64,000 bases of DNA. Origin: a virus. The stretch is taken from positions 32,001 to 96,000 of the IMG/VR virus record IMGVR_UViG_3300023174_000057. One strand, written 5' to 3'. The notes below the pieces were generated by a model. That model was given only the letters and a program-made list of their open reading frames with translations, did not search any database and had not been told where the DNA came from. Every line of letters starts with the position of its first letter. The stretch's first letter is position 1. Shown here piece after piece: positions 29,205 through 36,481 of the stretch. A program made the position numbers and the translations under genes.

Positions 29205-29821
29205 GAACCCTCAACAACTCCCTGCGTCTTGCACAGGGCCGTCGCGAGGAAGTGCGACGGTCCCTGCAAGACGCACGGGATGCTGTGGCCCGCATCGAGA
29301 ACGAGTCACAGTTACTCGATCACGTCGCCGCCTTGCTCCACACCCTCATCGACGGAGAGATCACCGAAGGTGTAACCGCCATTCAGTCCCTTCAGACCGA
29401 GGGGGTTCGGGCGGTGTTCAACGATCAAGACCTCACGGTGAGAGCCGACGTGGAGGTGTCCCGGGGCAAGGTGAACGTGTCCCTCGTCACCACCCAGCGG
29501 AAAGAGAACGGGGACGTGATCGAGGGACTCGCCCTCGATGGGTTTGGCGGTGCCGTCAGCACCGTGCAGGGGATTCTCCTGCGGCTCGCCATCCTCTTCC
29601 GGCGCGGGCTACGTCCCGTGCTGTTCCTCGACGAGACGCTGCCAGCTTTCGATGATCGCTACGTCCACAACATGGCAGCGTTCCTCAAGACCCTCTGCAA
29701 GCGCATGGGCGTGGACATCCTGCTGGTGACCCACAACCCGACGTTGGTCGATGCCGGGGATCGTGCGTACCGTATCCGGCGGGACAAAGGGTTCTGCACG
29801 TTCCACAGGATCACCCCATGA
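29186..29821 (+). CDS. Rad50/SbcC C-terminal half (signature, Walker B, H-loop)
   Basis: Coiled coil, then GFGGA, LFLDE and LLVTH. Confidence 0.8.
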   Translation: MVEERLRTLNNSLRLAQGRREEVRRSLQDARDAVARIENESQLLDHVAALLHTLIDGEITEGVTAIQSLQTEGVRAVFNDQDLTVRADVEVSRGKVNVSLVTTQRKENGDVIEGLALDGFGGAVSTVQGILLRLAILFRRGLRPVLFLDETLPAFDDRYVHNMAAFLKTLCKRMGVDILLVTHNPTLVDAGDRAYRIRRDKGFCTFHRITP

Positions 29822-30384
29822 AAAGCGAAGGTCAGGTGCGCCACAAGCTCCAGCAGGTGACGTACCGCCACCTCCAGCGGGCTATCCGCACGAAGCTCTC
29901 CCGCCGACCCGAGAATTGCACGCACAACCGCCGTGTGAAGCTCCCGGTGATCGAAGACGAGATTCGGTACTGCCACGTTCGGAAAGACGCGGACGGCGAC
30001 GCTCTTGTCTGCGACGAGTGCTACGACGGGCTGGAGCGCGCCGCGCAGTGTCCCGCGTTTGAATGCGCCCACACCAAGGACGGGGTGAAGGCCGACTTCA
30101 CCGATTTCTTGCGGGGGTCCGACGTGGCGACCATCGCCGCCCAGTACCCGGACCTCGCGGCCCTTCTCTGGACGCTGGACGACGCCGACCCCGTACCCAT
30201 CGACGTGGGCACGGACCCCGACCCGCCGAAAGCCCCGGAACCCCCCGCCCCTCCGTACCAGATCCTCTACCTGCACCAAGATGGTGGCGCGGTCCCCGTC
30301 CCGATCATCCCCAACACCTTCCACCGGGCCGTGGTCCACAACCCGGTCACCTTCACGCTTCCCGCCGTCGAGGGTGACAAGTGA
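29818..30384 (+). CDS. Cys-containing hypothetical protein
   Basis: ATGA coupling; codon bias. Confidence 0.6.
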   Translation: MKSEGQVRHKLQQVTYRHLQRAIRTKLSRRPENCTHNRRVKLPVIEDEIRYCHVRKDADGDALVCDECYDGLERAAQCPAFECAHTKDGVKADFTDFLRGSDVATIAAQYPDLAALLWTLDDADPVPIDVGTDPDPPKAPEPPAPPYQILYLHQDGGAVPVPIIPNTFHRAVVHNPVTFTLPAVEGDK

Positions 30385-30872
30385 GCCTCCTCCAATCGGT
30401 CAAGATGACGGGGGCGGCAAAGGGCGTCCCGCTGTTCGTCGAGGTGCCCGTCCACCCGGAGACCTCCCCCTACCTCGTGACGAGCAACAAGGGGCTGCTG
30501 TGGATCGACAGCAGCTTCAACGGGGTCTTGCGATCCGCCGTGCTGCGCTCGCCGTGGTCCACCGTCGCGGGCGACACCTCTGCGGCGGTGGTACGGGCCA
30601 TCCGTCAGCGGGGCACAGAACTGTCGTGGGGCAACGCCTTCCCGTTCACCGACGCGGGGGTGCGCGCGGCCCGTGAGTACCTCAAGACCTACGATCTCAA
30701 CGAGTGTGACCTACTTCACCGACCAGCGGCACCGTGGGTTCCCGAAGGCTGCGCCGTGCTGGTCCCGAAGGACCGTTCGTACCTTGGCATCGTCGGTGAG
30801 CTTGGGGAGGGCGCGCACACCGTGGTGATACACAACCCATCGCGCGGGATGGCCGTGCTGGGTGCGTGGTGA
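30381..30872 (+). CDS. Hypothetical protein
   Basis: GTGA coupling; codon bias. Confidence 0.6.
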   Translation: MSLLQSVKMTGAAKGVPLFVEVPVHPETSPYLVTSNKGLLWIDSSFNGVLRSAVLRSPWSTVAGDTSAAVVRAIRQRGTELSWGNAFPFTDAGVRAAREYLKTYDLNECDLLHRPAAPWVPEGCAVLVPKDRSYLGIVGELGEGAHTVVIHNPSRGMAVLGAW

Positions 30873-31575
30873 CGTTCTTTTGGCTATTCCCTTCCTACGC
30901 CCATGGACACCCTGCGATCCAAGGTAATCCGGTTGGCCCACGAGAACCCAGAACTACGTCCTCACCTTCTCCCTCTTCTCAAGACGGCCAGTAGATCCTT
31001 GGATCAACTGCGGGCGGACTTGGAAAAGGTGAGTCAGGTTTCGTTCGCTCGGAACGTGCAAAACAATCGCCGCTACACCCCGGAGCAGAAGGCGAAGGCG
31101 GTGGAGAAGGCCGATGCCATTCTTCAGTCCGGGGAGGTGGACTACCTCCTCAAGATTTCCAACCGTGATACGGACCGCTTGACGGACATCTTGACCTTGA
31201 TCCGTTCGGGGGGGCCGAGGATCGGCACGGCGCATAGCAAGGCTGAAGATGACGCCGAGCGATACGTCCGCGAATTGGAGTTCTTGTCCAAGTTCAGCAC
31301 CCTTCCCGAGATGGTCCCCGTGGACCGTCAATTGATGACGGGCAAGTTCCACACGCGGGATTTCGGGGGTCTGGATACGCTGGCTCAACGGATTCAGTCG
31401 GTCAACACCGAGAATCAACTCAGCCGCGAAGATTCCGAGAGGCTCTTGGCCGAATGGCGTTCCCGCACCTTCGGTCCCGACAGGGGCAGCGACCCCCTCA
31501 ATTTCGGGGATCGTTACCGGGATTGATGCCGTGGTCCACCGTCGCGCGGGACACCTCCGCTGATGTCGTGCGGGC
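30551..31575 (+). repeat. Imperfect 48-bp direct repeat (30551-30598 and 31528-31575)
   Basis: GCCGTGGTCCACCGTCGCG...GACACCTC...CGGGC in both copies. Confidence 0.7.
30903..31526 (+). CDS. LRSKVIRLAH-tagged hypothetical protein
   Basis: N-terminal MDTLRSKVIRLAHENPELRPHLLPLLKTAS. Confidence 0.75.
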   Translation: MDTLRSKVIRLAHENPELRPHLLPLLKTASRSLDQLRADLEKVSQVSFARNVQNNRRYTPEQKAKAVEKADAILQSGEVDYLLKISNRDTDRLTDILTLIRSGGPRIGTAHSKAEDDAERYVRELEFLSKFSTLPEMVPVDRQLMTGKFHTRDFGGLDTLAQRIQSVNTENQLSREDSERLLAEWRSRTFGPDRGSDPLNFGDRYRD

Positions 31576-31587
31576 GTAACGTCCCCC

Positions 31588-32310
31588 GTGAACTCCCCCA
31601 TCGGTGAGTGGCTGGAAGCCCATCTCACCACCCTCCCCCTCTCCGAAGACTGCGAAGGCTACCTGCTGGGGCGAGGCGCGAGCCCCGACACCATCGAGCG
31701 GTTGGGCATCCGCGAGTGGGAGCCAGCATCTACCCCCGCTCCCAGCGAGCACTTCACGTCCCGCTACGGTCGGCACGGCGAGAAGCTGACCGAGATGGTC
31801 ACGATCCCCCTGCGTGGCCCCACGGGCACGCTCACGGGGATCGAAGCCCGTTCGTGGCACGAGAAGCGGGTGACGGACTTCCGGGTACCCGAGGCCGAGT
31901 GGAACCCCGTCGCTCTCGGCCTACCGAGGGCGGCGGAAGCCATGTGGGCGGGCGGGTCCGTGTGGGTGGTCGAGGGCGTGTACGACCTGTGCGCCTTGGA
32001 TTGGTGCATCCCCAAGACCGACGCGGTGATCTCGACCCTGCGAGCGGGTCTGGGCAAAGACGTGCTGGAGTTCTTGGCCCGGTTCTGCACCAACACCGTG
32101 TACATGGTGTACGACAACGACGAGACGGGACGCAAAGCCACCCACGGCTGGAAAGACCCCGCCACGGGGAAGTACCGCCCCGGCGCTCTCGACCTCCTCA
32201 AGCGGTCGGGCGTCCGTGCCGTGGACTACCGCTACCGGGGGAAGGACCCCGGCGAGGTGTGGCGGGCCGGGGGACTTGCCAAGTTACGGGAGACGTTCAC
32301 CGGGCTATAG
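31588..32310 (+). CDS. DnaG-type primase catalytic (TOPRIM) domain lacking a zinc-binding domain
   Basis: VWVVEGVYD, YDNDETG, KDPGE. Confidence 0.8.
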   Translation: MNSPIGEWLEAHLTTLPLSEDCEGYLLGRGASPDTIERLGIREWEPASTPAPSEHFTSRYGRHGEKLTEMVTIPLRGPTGTLTGIEARSWHEKRVTDFRVPEAEWNPVALGLPRAAEAMWAGGSVWVVEGVYDLCALDWCIPKTDAVISTLRAGLGKDVLEFLARFCTNTVYMVYDNDETGRKATHGWKDPATGKYRPGALDLLKRSGVRAVDYRYRGKDPGEVWRAGGLAKLRETFTGL

Positions 32311-32336
32311 GCAAGGCAGGGATGAGGTCTACCACC

Positions 32337-32792
32337 ATGTCCAACGATCTTCGTTCCAAGGTTATCCGTCTGGCACACCAGAACCCGGCCCTTCGCCCAC
32401 ACCTTCTGCCCCTCCTCAAGGGTGGTAACAAGGTCGCATCCGCCGAGAGCGACTTCATCGACGGGTACATCGAAGGTCTGTTGCATACGTCCGACGACGA
32501 GGATGGTCGGCCTCTCAACCGCAGCTACAACGCCCGTGACCTTGACTCTGCATCTCTCCACAACATTCAGCAGCGGTGTCGGAAGTTCCTGTCCATGCCG
32601 GGTGTCGAGGAACTGATTGATGGTCGCGAGGAAGAAGCCGGGACAGACTTCTGGCTCACTCACAACGGCCACGGGGCTGGGTTCTGGGACGGGGATTGGG
32701 AGGATGACGCCGGGAAGATCCTCACGGCTGCTTCCAAGAAGTTTTCCGAGAGCTACGTCTACGTTGAAGACGGATCAGTCTTCGTAGACTGA
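32337..32792 (+). CDS. LRSKVIRLAH-tagged hypothetical protein
   Basis: Tag plus cargo containing DFWLTHNGHGAGFWD. Confidence 0.75.
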   Translation: MSNDLRSKVIRLAHQNPALRPHLLPLLKGGNKVASAESDFIDGYIEGLLHTSDDEDGRPLNRSYNARDLDSASLHNIQQRCRKFLSMPGVEELIDGREEEAGTDFWLTHNGHGAGFWDGDWEDDAGKILTAASKKFSESYVYVEDGSVFVD

Positions 32793-32816
32793 CACTCTGC
32801 GGGCGTAATAGCCCGC

Positions 32817-33290
32817 ATGAGCCCCGAAGCTATCGTCATCGCCATCCTCGCCCTGTTCCCCCACATGAGCGGGAACAACCGCCGCTGCATCGAGACGCAG
32901 CAAGACCGCATCGTCCAACAGCTTCGTGAGGTATCCCAGCCCTACGAGCCCGGTGCGCCTGTCCCCCCGGTGGAGCTCACCGCTGCCGTTGCCTTCGCGG
33001 AGACGCACCTTGGGTGCGACATCCACGAAGGGGGCAACTGGGGTGCGCCCATCGACCCGCAGCACCGTCACACCGCCGGGACGCATATGCACGCCGTTCG
33101 TGCCCTCTCCCGCGGCTACCAGCAGTGCGGGGATTGGGACGGGGCCATCATGCGGTTCCGCACCGGGCTGTGTAACCCCCGGCGCAGCCCGTCGGAGCGG
33201 GTCCGCCAGCAGGGGGCGCACTACCTACGGGTGATCCACCGCATCGTGGAGCGGGTTCGTCGGCACGCCGAAGAAGTACACGGCGAATGA
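32817..33290 (+). CDS. Secreted lysozyme/SLT-like protein
   Basis: Hydrophobic N-terminus; AFAET and GDWDGAIMRFRTG resemble SLT motifs. Confidence 0.4.
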   Translation: MSPEAIVIAILALFPHMSGNNRRCIETQQDRIVQQLREVSQPYEPGAPVPPVELTAAVAFAETHLGCDIHEGGNWGAPIDPQHRHTAGTHMHAVRALSRGYQQCGDWDGAIMRFRTGLCNPRRSPSERVRQQGAHYLRVIHRIVERVRRHAEEVHGE

Positions 33291-33476
33291 TCTGTGAGGA
33301 GAGCGATTGGGAGCCGAATGAAGACGCTTGGCTCCGCCCCCTTCGTGGTGGGCGGGTGGTACGGCTTCGATTCAAGGGCGGGTACCGCCGCCCGTTCGGT
33401 TGGGAACATCCCCTCTGGGCGGGGGAGCGATCTCGGTTTTCGGTGCTCTCTGCCCGCCCGTCCGCCACGGGCGTAA
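33287..33476 (+). pseudogene. Diverged VR-like unit with a +1 frameshift (copy Z)
   Basis: LRPLRGG in one frame and WYGF...LGFRC in another, with 4 nt (CGGG) between the GGG and TGG codons. Confidence 0.5.
33469..33476 (+). promoter_or_regulatory. GGGCGTAA motif 8 nt before the first intact VR micro-gene
   Basis: Conserved motif and spacing. Confidence 0.6.
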
Positions 33477-33484
33477 GTACCCGT

Positions 33485-33667
33485 ATGAACCCCCCTACCA
33501 AGCCCAAGCCCACGGACACCCGTTACCTCGTCGTTAGCGGCGGCGGTTGGGACAGCTTCGTTCCGTCTTGGGTGCCCGTCGCGTCTCGCGGCTCGAACGT
33601 GCCTGCGAACCGTTACTTCAGCTTGGGGTTTCGGTGCGCGTTGCGGGGAAGGGAACCCCGAGTATGA
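33485..33667 (+). CDS. VR-like micro-protein A (60 aa)
   Basis: SGGGW...VASR...LGFRCALRGREPRV. Confidence 0.7.
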   Translation: MNPPTKPKPTDTRYLVVSGGGWDSFVPSWVPVASRGSNVPANRYFSLGFRCALRGREPRV

Positions 33668-33834
33668 ACCCCCCCACCACCAAGCCCACCGACACCGTCT
33701 TTCGCGGCGGCTGTTGGAACTTCAGCGGACCGTCGTGGGTGCGCGCCGCGTCTCGCAACGCGCTCGTGCCTGCTTACCGTGGCAGCGCCTTGGGGTTTCG
33801 GTGCGCGTTGCGGGGAAGGGAACCCCGAACGTGA
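33664..33834 (+). CDS. VR-like micro-protein B (56 aa)
   Basis: ATGA overlap; RGGCW...VRAASR...LGFRC. Confidence 0.7.
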   Translation: MNPPTTKPTDTVFRGGCWNFSGPSWVRAASRNALVPAYRGSALGFRCALRGREPRT

Positions 33835-34004
33835 AGCCCACCACCAAGCCCACCGCCGACACCCGTTACCTCGTCATCCGCGGCGGCAGTTGGAACATCC
33901 CGTGGTGGGTGAGCGCCGCGTCTCGCGGCACGCGCGTGCCTGCGTTCCGTGTCTACCTCATCGGGTTTCGGTGCGCGTTGCGGGGAAGGGAACCCCGAGT
34001 ATGA
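33831..34004 (+). CDS. VR-like micro-protein C (57 aa)
   Basis: GTGA overlap; RGGSW...AASR...IGFRC. Confidence 0.7.
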   Translation: MKPTTKPTADTRYLVIRGGSWNIPWWVSAASRGTRVPAFRVYLIGFRCALRGREPRV

Positions 34005-34180
34005 ACCCCCCCACCACCAAGCCCTCCGACACCCTCCTCCGCGTCTTTCGAGGCGGCAGTTGGCTCCACAGCGTACCGTCGAGGGGGCGCGCCGCGTCTC
34101 GCGACACGGACGTGCCTGCGTACCGTCTCAACTACCTCGGTTTTCGGTGCGCCCTTCGGGGAAGGGAACCCCGAGTATGA
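34001..34180 (+). CDS. VR-like micro-protein D (59 aa)
   Basis: ATGA overlap; RGGSW...AASR...LGFRC. Confidence 0.7.
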   Translation: MNPPTTKPSDTLLRVFRGGSWLHSVPSRGRAASRDTDVPAYRLNYLGFRCALRGREPRV

Positions 34181-34353
34181 ACCCTCCTACCAAGCCCTCC
34201 GACACCCGTCTCCGCGTCTACCGCGGCGGCGGTTGGAGCTTCAACGTGCCGTCGTGGGTGCGCGCCGCGTCTCGCAACGCGAACGGGCCTGCGTACCGTG
34301 GCAGCTTCATCGGGTTCCGGTGCGCGTTGCGGGCGAGGGAACCCCGAGTATGA
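34177..34353 (+). CDS. VR-like micro-protein E (58 aa)
   Basis: ATGA overlap; RGGGW...VRAASR...IGFRC. Confidence 0.7.
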   Translation: MNPPTKPSDTRLRVYRGGGWSFNVPSWVRAASRNANGPAYRGSFIGFRCALRAREPRV

Positions 34354-34556
34354 AGCCCCCTACCAAGCCCAAGCCCAAGCCCAAGCCCAAGCCCAAGCCC
34401 ACGGACACCCGTCTCCGCGTCTTCCGCGGCGGCAGTTGGATCAGCGACGTACCGTCGTGGGTGCGCGCCGCGTCTCGCAACGCGGACGAGCCTGCGTACC
34501 GTAACATCAACTTGGGGTTTCGGTGCGCGCTGCGGGGAAGGGAACCACGGGCGTAA
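34350..34556 (+). CDS. VR-like micro-protein F (68 aa) with (KP)6
   Basis: ATGA overlap; (AAGCCC)6 at 34365-34400. Confidence 0.7.
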   Translation: MKPPTKPKPKPKPKPKPTDTRLRVFRGGSWISDVPSWVRAASRNADEPAYRNINLGFRCALRGREPRA

Positions 34557-34564
34557 GTACCTAT

Positions 34565-34984
34565 ATGGACGACGACACACTCAAGCAGTTCCTCCGATGG
34601 CGCGGTGTCCGCAACCCATGCCCCAAGTGCAGTGGTCGCGGCTGCTACCCGTACAGCAGCGGGGCGACGTGGCGGGGAGGGATGGGCACGGCGTCGATGG
34701 CTTGGGACGTGTGCGACGTGTGCTGGGGCACGGGCGACGAGCACCGTCACGGCGTGGACCTCCGCAAGCAGCGGGACGAGTTCAACGCCACCGTGGCCTT
34801 GGAAGCCGGGAAGCACCTTTCCCTAGCCGTGGGCGGTATCACCGTAACGCGCCCTGCCATCGAGGCCATCGCGGACGAACTGGACCGCCTTGCACGGGGC
34901 CGGAAGGACCGCCCCCGGCACTTTTACACGTTGGTGGGCTACCTCGCGGACAAGGTGCGGGACATGGCGAAGGTGCCGACGTGA
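34565..34984 (+). CDS. Hypothetical protein with DnaJ-type CxxCxGxG zinc finger
   Basis: CPKCSGRG...CDVCWGTG. Confidence 0.65.
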   Translation: MDDDTLKQFLRWRGVRNPCPKCSGRGCYPYSSGATWRGGMGTASMAWDVCDVCWGTGDEHRHGVDLRKQRDEFNATVALEAGKHLSLAVGGITVTRPAIEAIADELDRLARGRKDRPRHFYTLVGYLADKVRDMAKVPT

Positions 34985-35199
34985 GCGAGCCCCGGTACGA
35001 GTATGTGAACGTTGGGGTCTCGACGGGCCACCGTTGCGATTTCTGCGGAGAAGAGATACGGGACCCAAGTTGGGGTCTGCGCCGCGTGTGCAGCCTCCCC
35101 CCGGAGCACAAGGGGCACCCGTTGGGGCCGTGCCCCATGACGTGCGTGCAGACGTATGCGTGCCGCTCTTGTGCGCTGGCGGCGGGAAAGCATCCCTAG
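34981..35199 (+). CDS. Small Cys-rich protein
   Basis: CDFCG...CRSC; GTGA coupling. Confidence 0.5.
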   Translation: MSEPRYEYVNVGVSTGHRCDFCGEEIRDPSWGLRRVCSLPPEHKGHPLGPCPMTCVQTYACRSCALAAGKHP

Positions 35200-35201
35200 T
35201 C

Positions 35202-35414
35202 GTGAACGGCGACAACGAAGCGGCCTACCGCGCCGAGATCGCGGGTGCCCGGAAGGCCCTCGCCGCCGTGGTCGCGATGCTGGAGTCCTGCAACGACCGT
35301 ATCGTGCCCATCGGGTGGGACAGGACGGCATGGGAAGGTTTCTGCCTTCACCGCTACAATGCGGCTGACGACGTGCGGGCGATGAAGCCCGAGGACATTC
35401 TGACGGAACGCTGA
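35202..35414 (+). CDS. Hypothetical protein
   Basis: Codon bias; operon position. Confidence 0.45.
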   Translation: MNGDNEAAYRAEIAGARKALAAVVAMLESCNDRIVPIGWDRTAWEGFCLHRYNAADDVRAMKPEDILTER

Positions 35415-35428
35415 AAGGACAGACGACG

Positions 35429-35917
35429 ATGGCAACGGATACATGGGAAGCTGGCAAGGACGTGTGGGAGCTCGTGCAGCACCACATCTCTCACAATCAC
35501 CCCAACCTCGCGCTGGTGGACAAGGAGATCGCCGTGATCTTCCGGGGCAAGGCTAGCAAGTCGGGCGGGCAGGTGGTGCTGGGCAAGTCCCGCAAGGCCA
35601 GCGCCCTGTTCAAGGTGCTGGGCAAGGCGGACTACAAGTTCATCTTGGAGATCGCCGGGGACGAGTGGGGCAAGCTGGGCAACGAGCAGCGCAGCGCCCT
35701 GATCGACCACCTCCTGTGCGCGTGCAAGGTGGAGGAGGACGAGAAGACGGGCGACCTCAAGTTCTCTATCGCCTCGCCCGAGGTGAGCTTCTTCTGGGAC
35801 GAGCTCAAGCGCCACGGTGATTGGCGTCCGCGCCCGCAGCAGGAAGCGGGCGACAGCACCAACGTCGAAGGGGTGCTGGGCATGATGGGCGGGGACAAGG
35901 CCGACGACGAAGCCTAG
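35429..35917 (+). CDS. Phage metallopeptidase-like protein with a degenerate HExxH
   Basis: VLGK..KAS, FILEI, ALIDHLLCAC. Confidence 0.65.
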   Translation: MATDTWEAGKDVWELVQHHISHNHPNLALVDKEIAVIFRGKASKSGGQVVLGKSRKASALFKVLGKADYKFILEIAGDEWGKLGNEQRSALIDHLLCACKVEEDEKTGDLKFSIASPEVSFFWDELKRHGDWRPRPQQEAGDSTNVEGVLGMMGGDKADDEA

Positions 35918-35965
35918 CCCCCCCCGGTAGGGCACCTATCCCCCACCGGGGGTAGGAGCCCTACC

Positions 35966-36472
35966 GTGACGTCTCTCCGTTCCAGCGTCATCCGCCTCGC
36001 CCACGCACAACCGGCCCTGCGCCCGCACCTCCTACCCCTCCTCAAGACGGCAGACGACGACGGCGACTACACCGACGAGGAGTACGCCTTCCTCCTGTGG
36101 ACGCGGAAGTACGAGCGCCGACAAGAGGCCGTGCTTCGCAAGTGGGAGGACAAGTACGAGCGGGAACTGAACGCCGTGGGTGACGGGTTGATCGCTGACC
36201 TCGAAGCCCTCAAGGCGCTGGTGCGCTTCTGGTTCTGGCAGCGCAAGGGCAACTACCGGGACACCCCCGGCGAGGAGGCCCCCAACTTCAAGGGGGCCGT
36301 GGACGCGATGTTCCACCGCCGCCGCAAGGCCCTTGTGGAAGTGAAGGACATCACGGATCGCATGGTCGCACGGGTCGCGGCGATCTCGGGTTCCGCCCTC
36401 TTTGGGGACGACTTCCTTGATGACCTGAACCGATTGGTGTCCGAGTACGAGCGGGAGTTCCAATCCCGGTAG
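35966..36472 (+). CDS. LRSKVIRLAH-tagged hypothetical protein
   Basis: LRSSVIRLAHAQPALRPHLLPLLKTA. Confidence 0.75.
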   Translation: MTSLRSSVIRLAHAQPALRPHLLPLLKTADDDGDYTDEEYAFLLWTRKYERRQEAVLRKWEDKYERELNAVGDGLIADLEALKALVRFWFWQRKGNYRDTPGEEAPNFKGAVDAMFHRRRKALVEVKDITDRMVARVAAISGSALFGDDFLDDLNRLVSEYEREFQSR

Positions 36473-36481
36473 CGTCTGCCC

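Larger units (their letters stand above)
33485..34556 (+). repeat. Tandem array of six ~175-bp DGR variable-region-like micro-genes
   Basis: Shared backbone; variation concentrated in the first two bases of NNC codons. Confidence 0.9.

Noticed and set aside
33547-34353. Longer ORF-track versions (95-134 aa) of the array genes
   Set aside because: Their N-terminal extensions are off-frame reads of the preceding unit. The ATGA/GTGA-coupled starts give consistent homologous products.
33485-34556. CRISPR array
   Set aside because: Units are ~175 bp, and the intervening sequences are homologous, in-frame coding variants rather than unique spacers. No cas operon is present.
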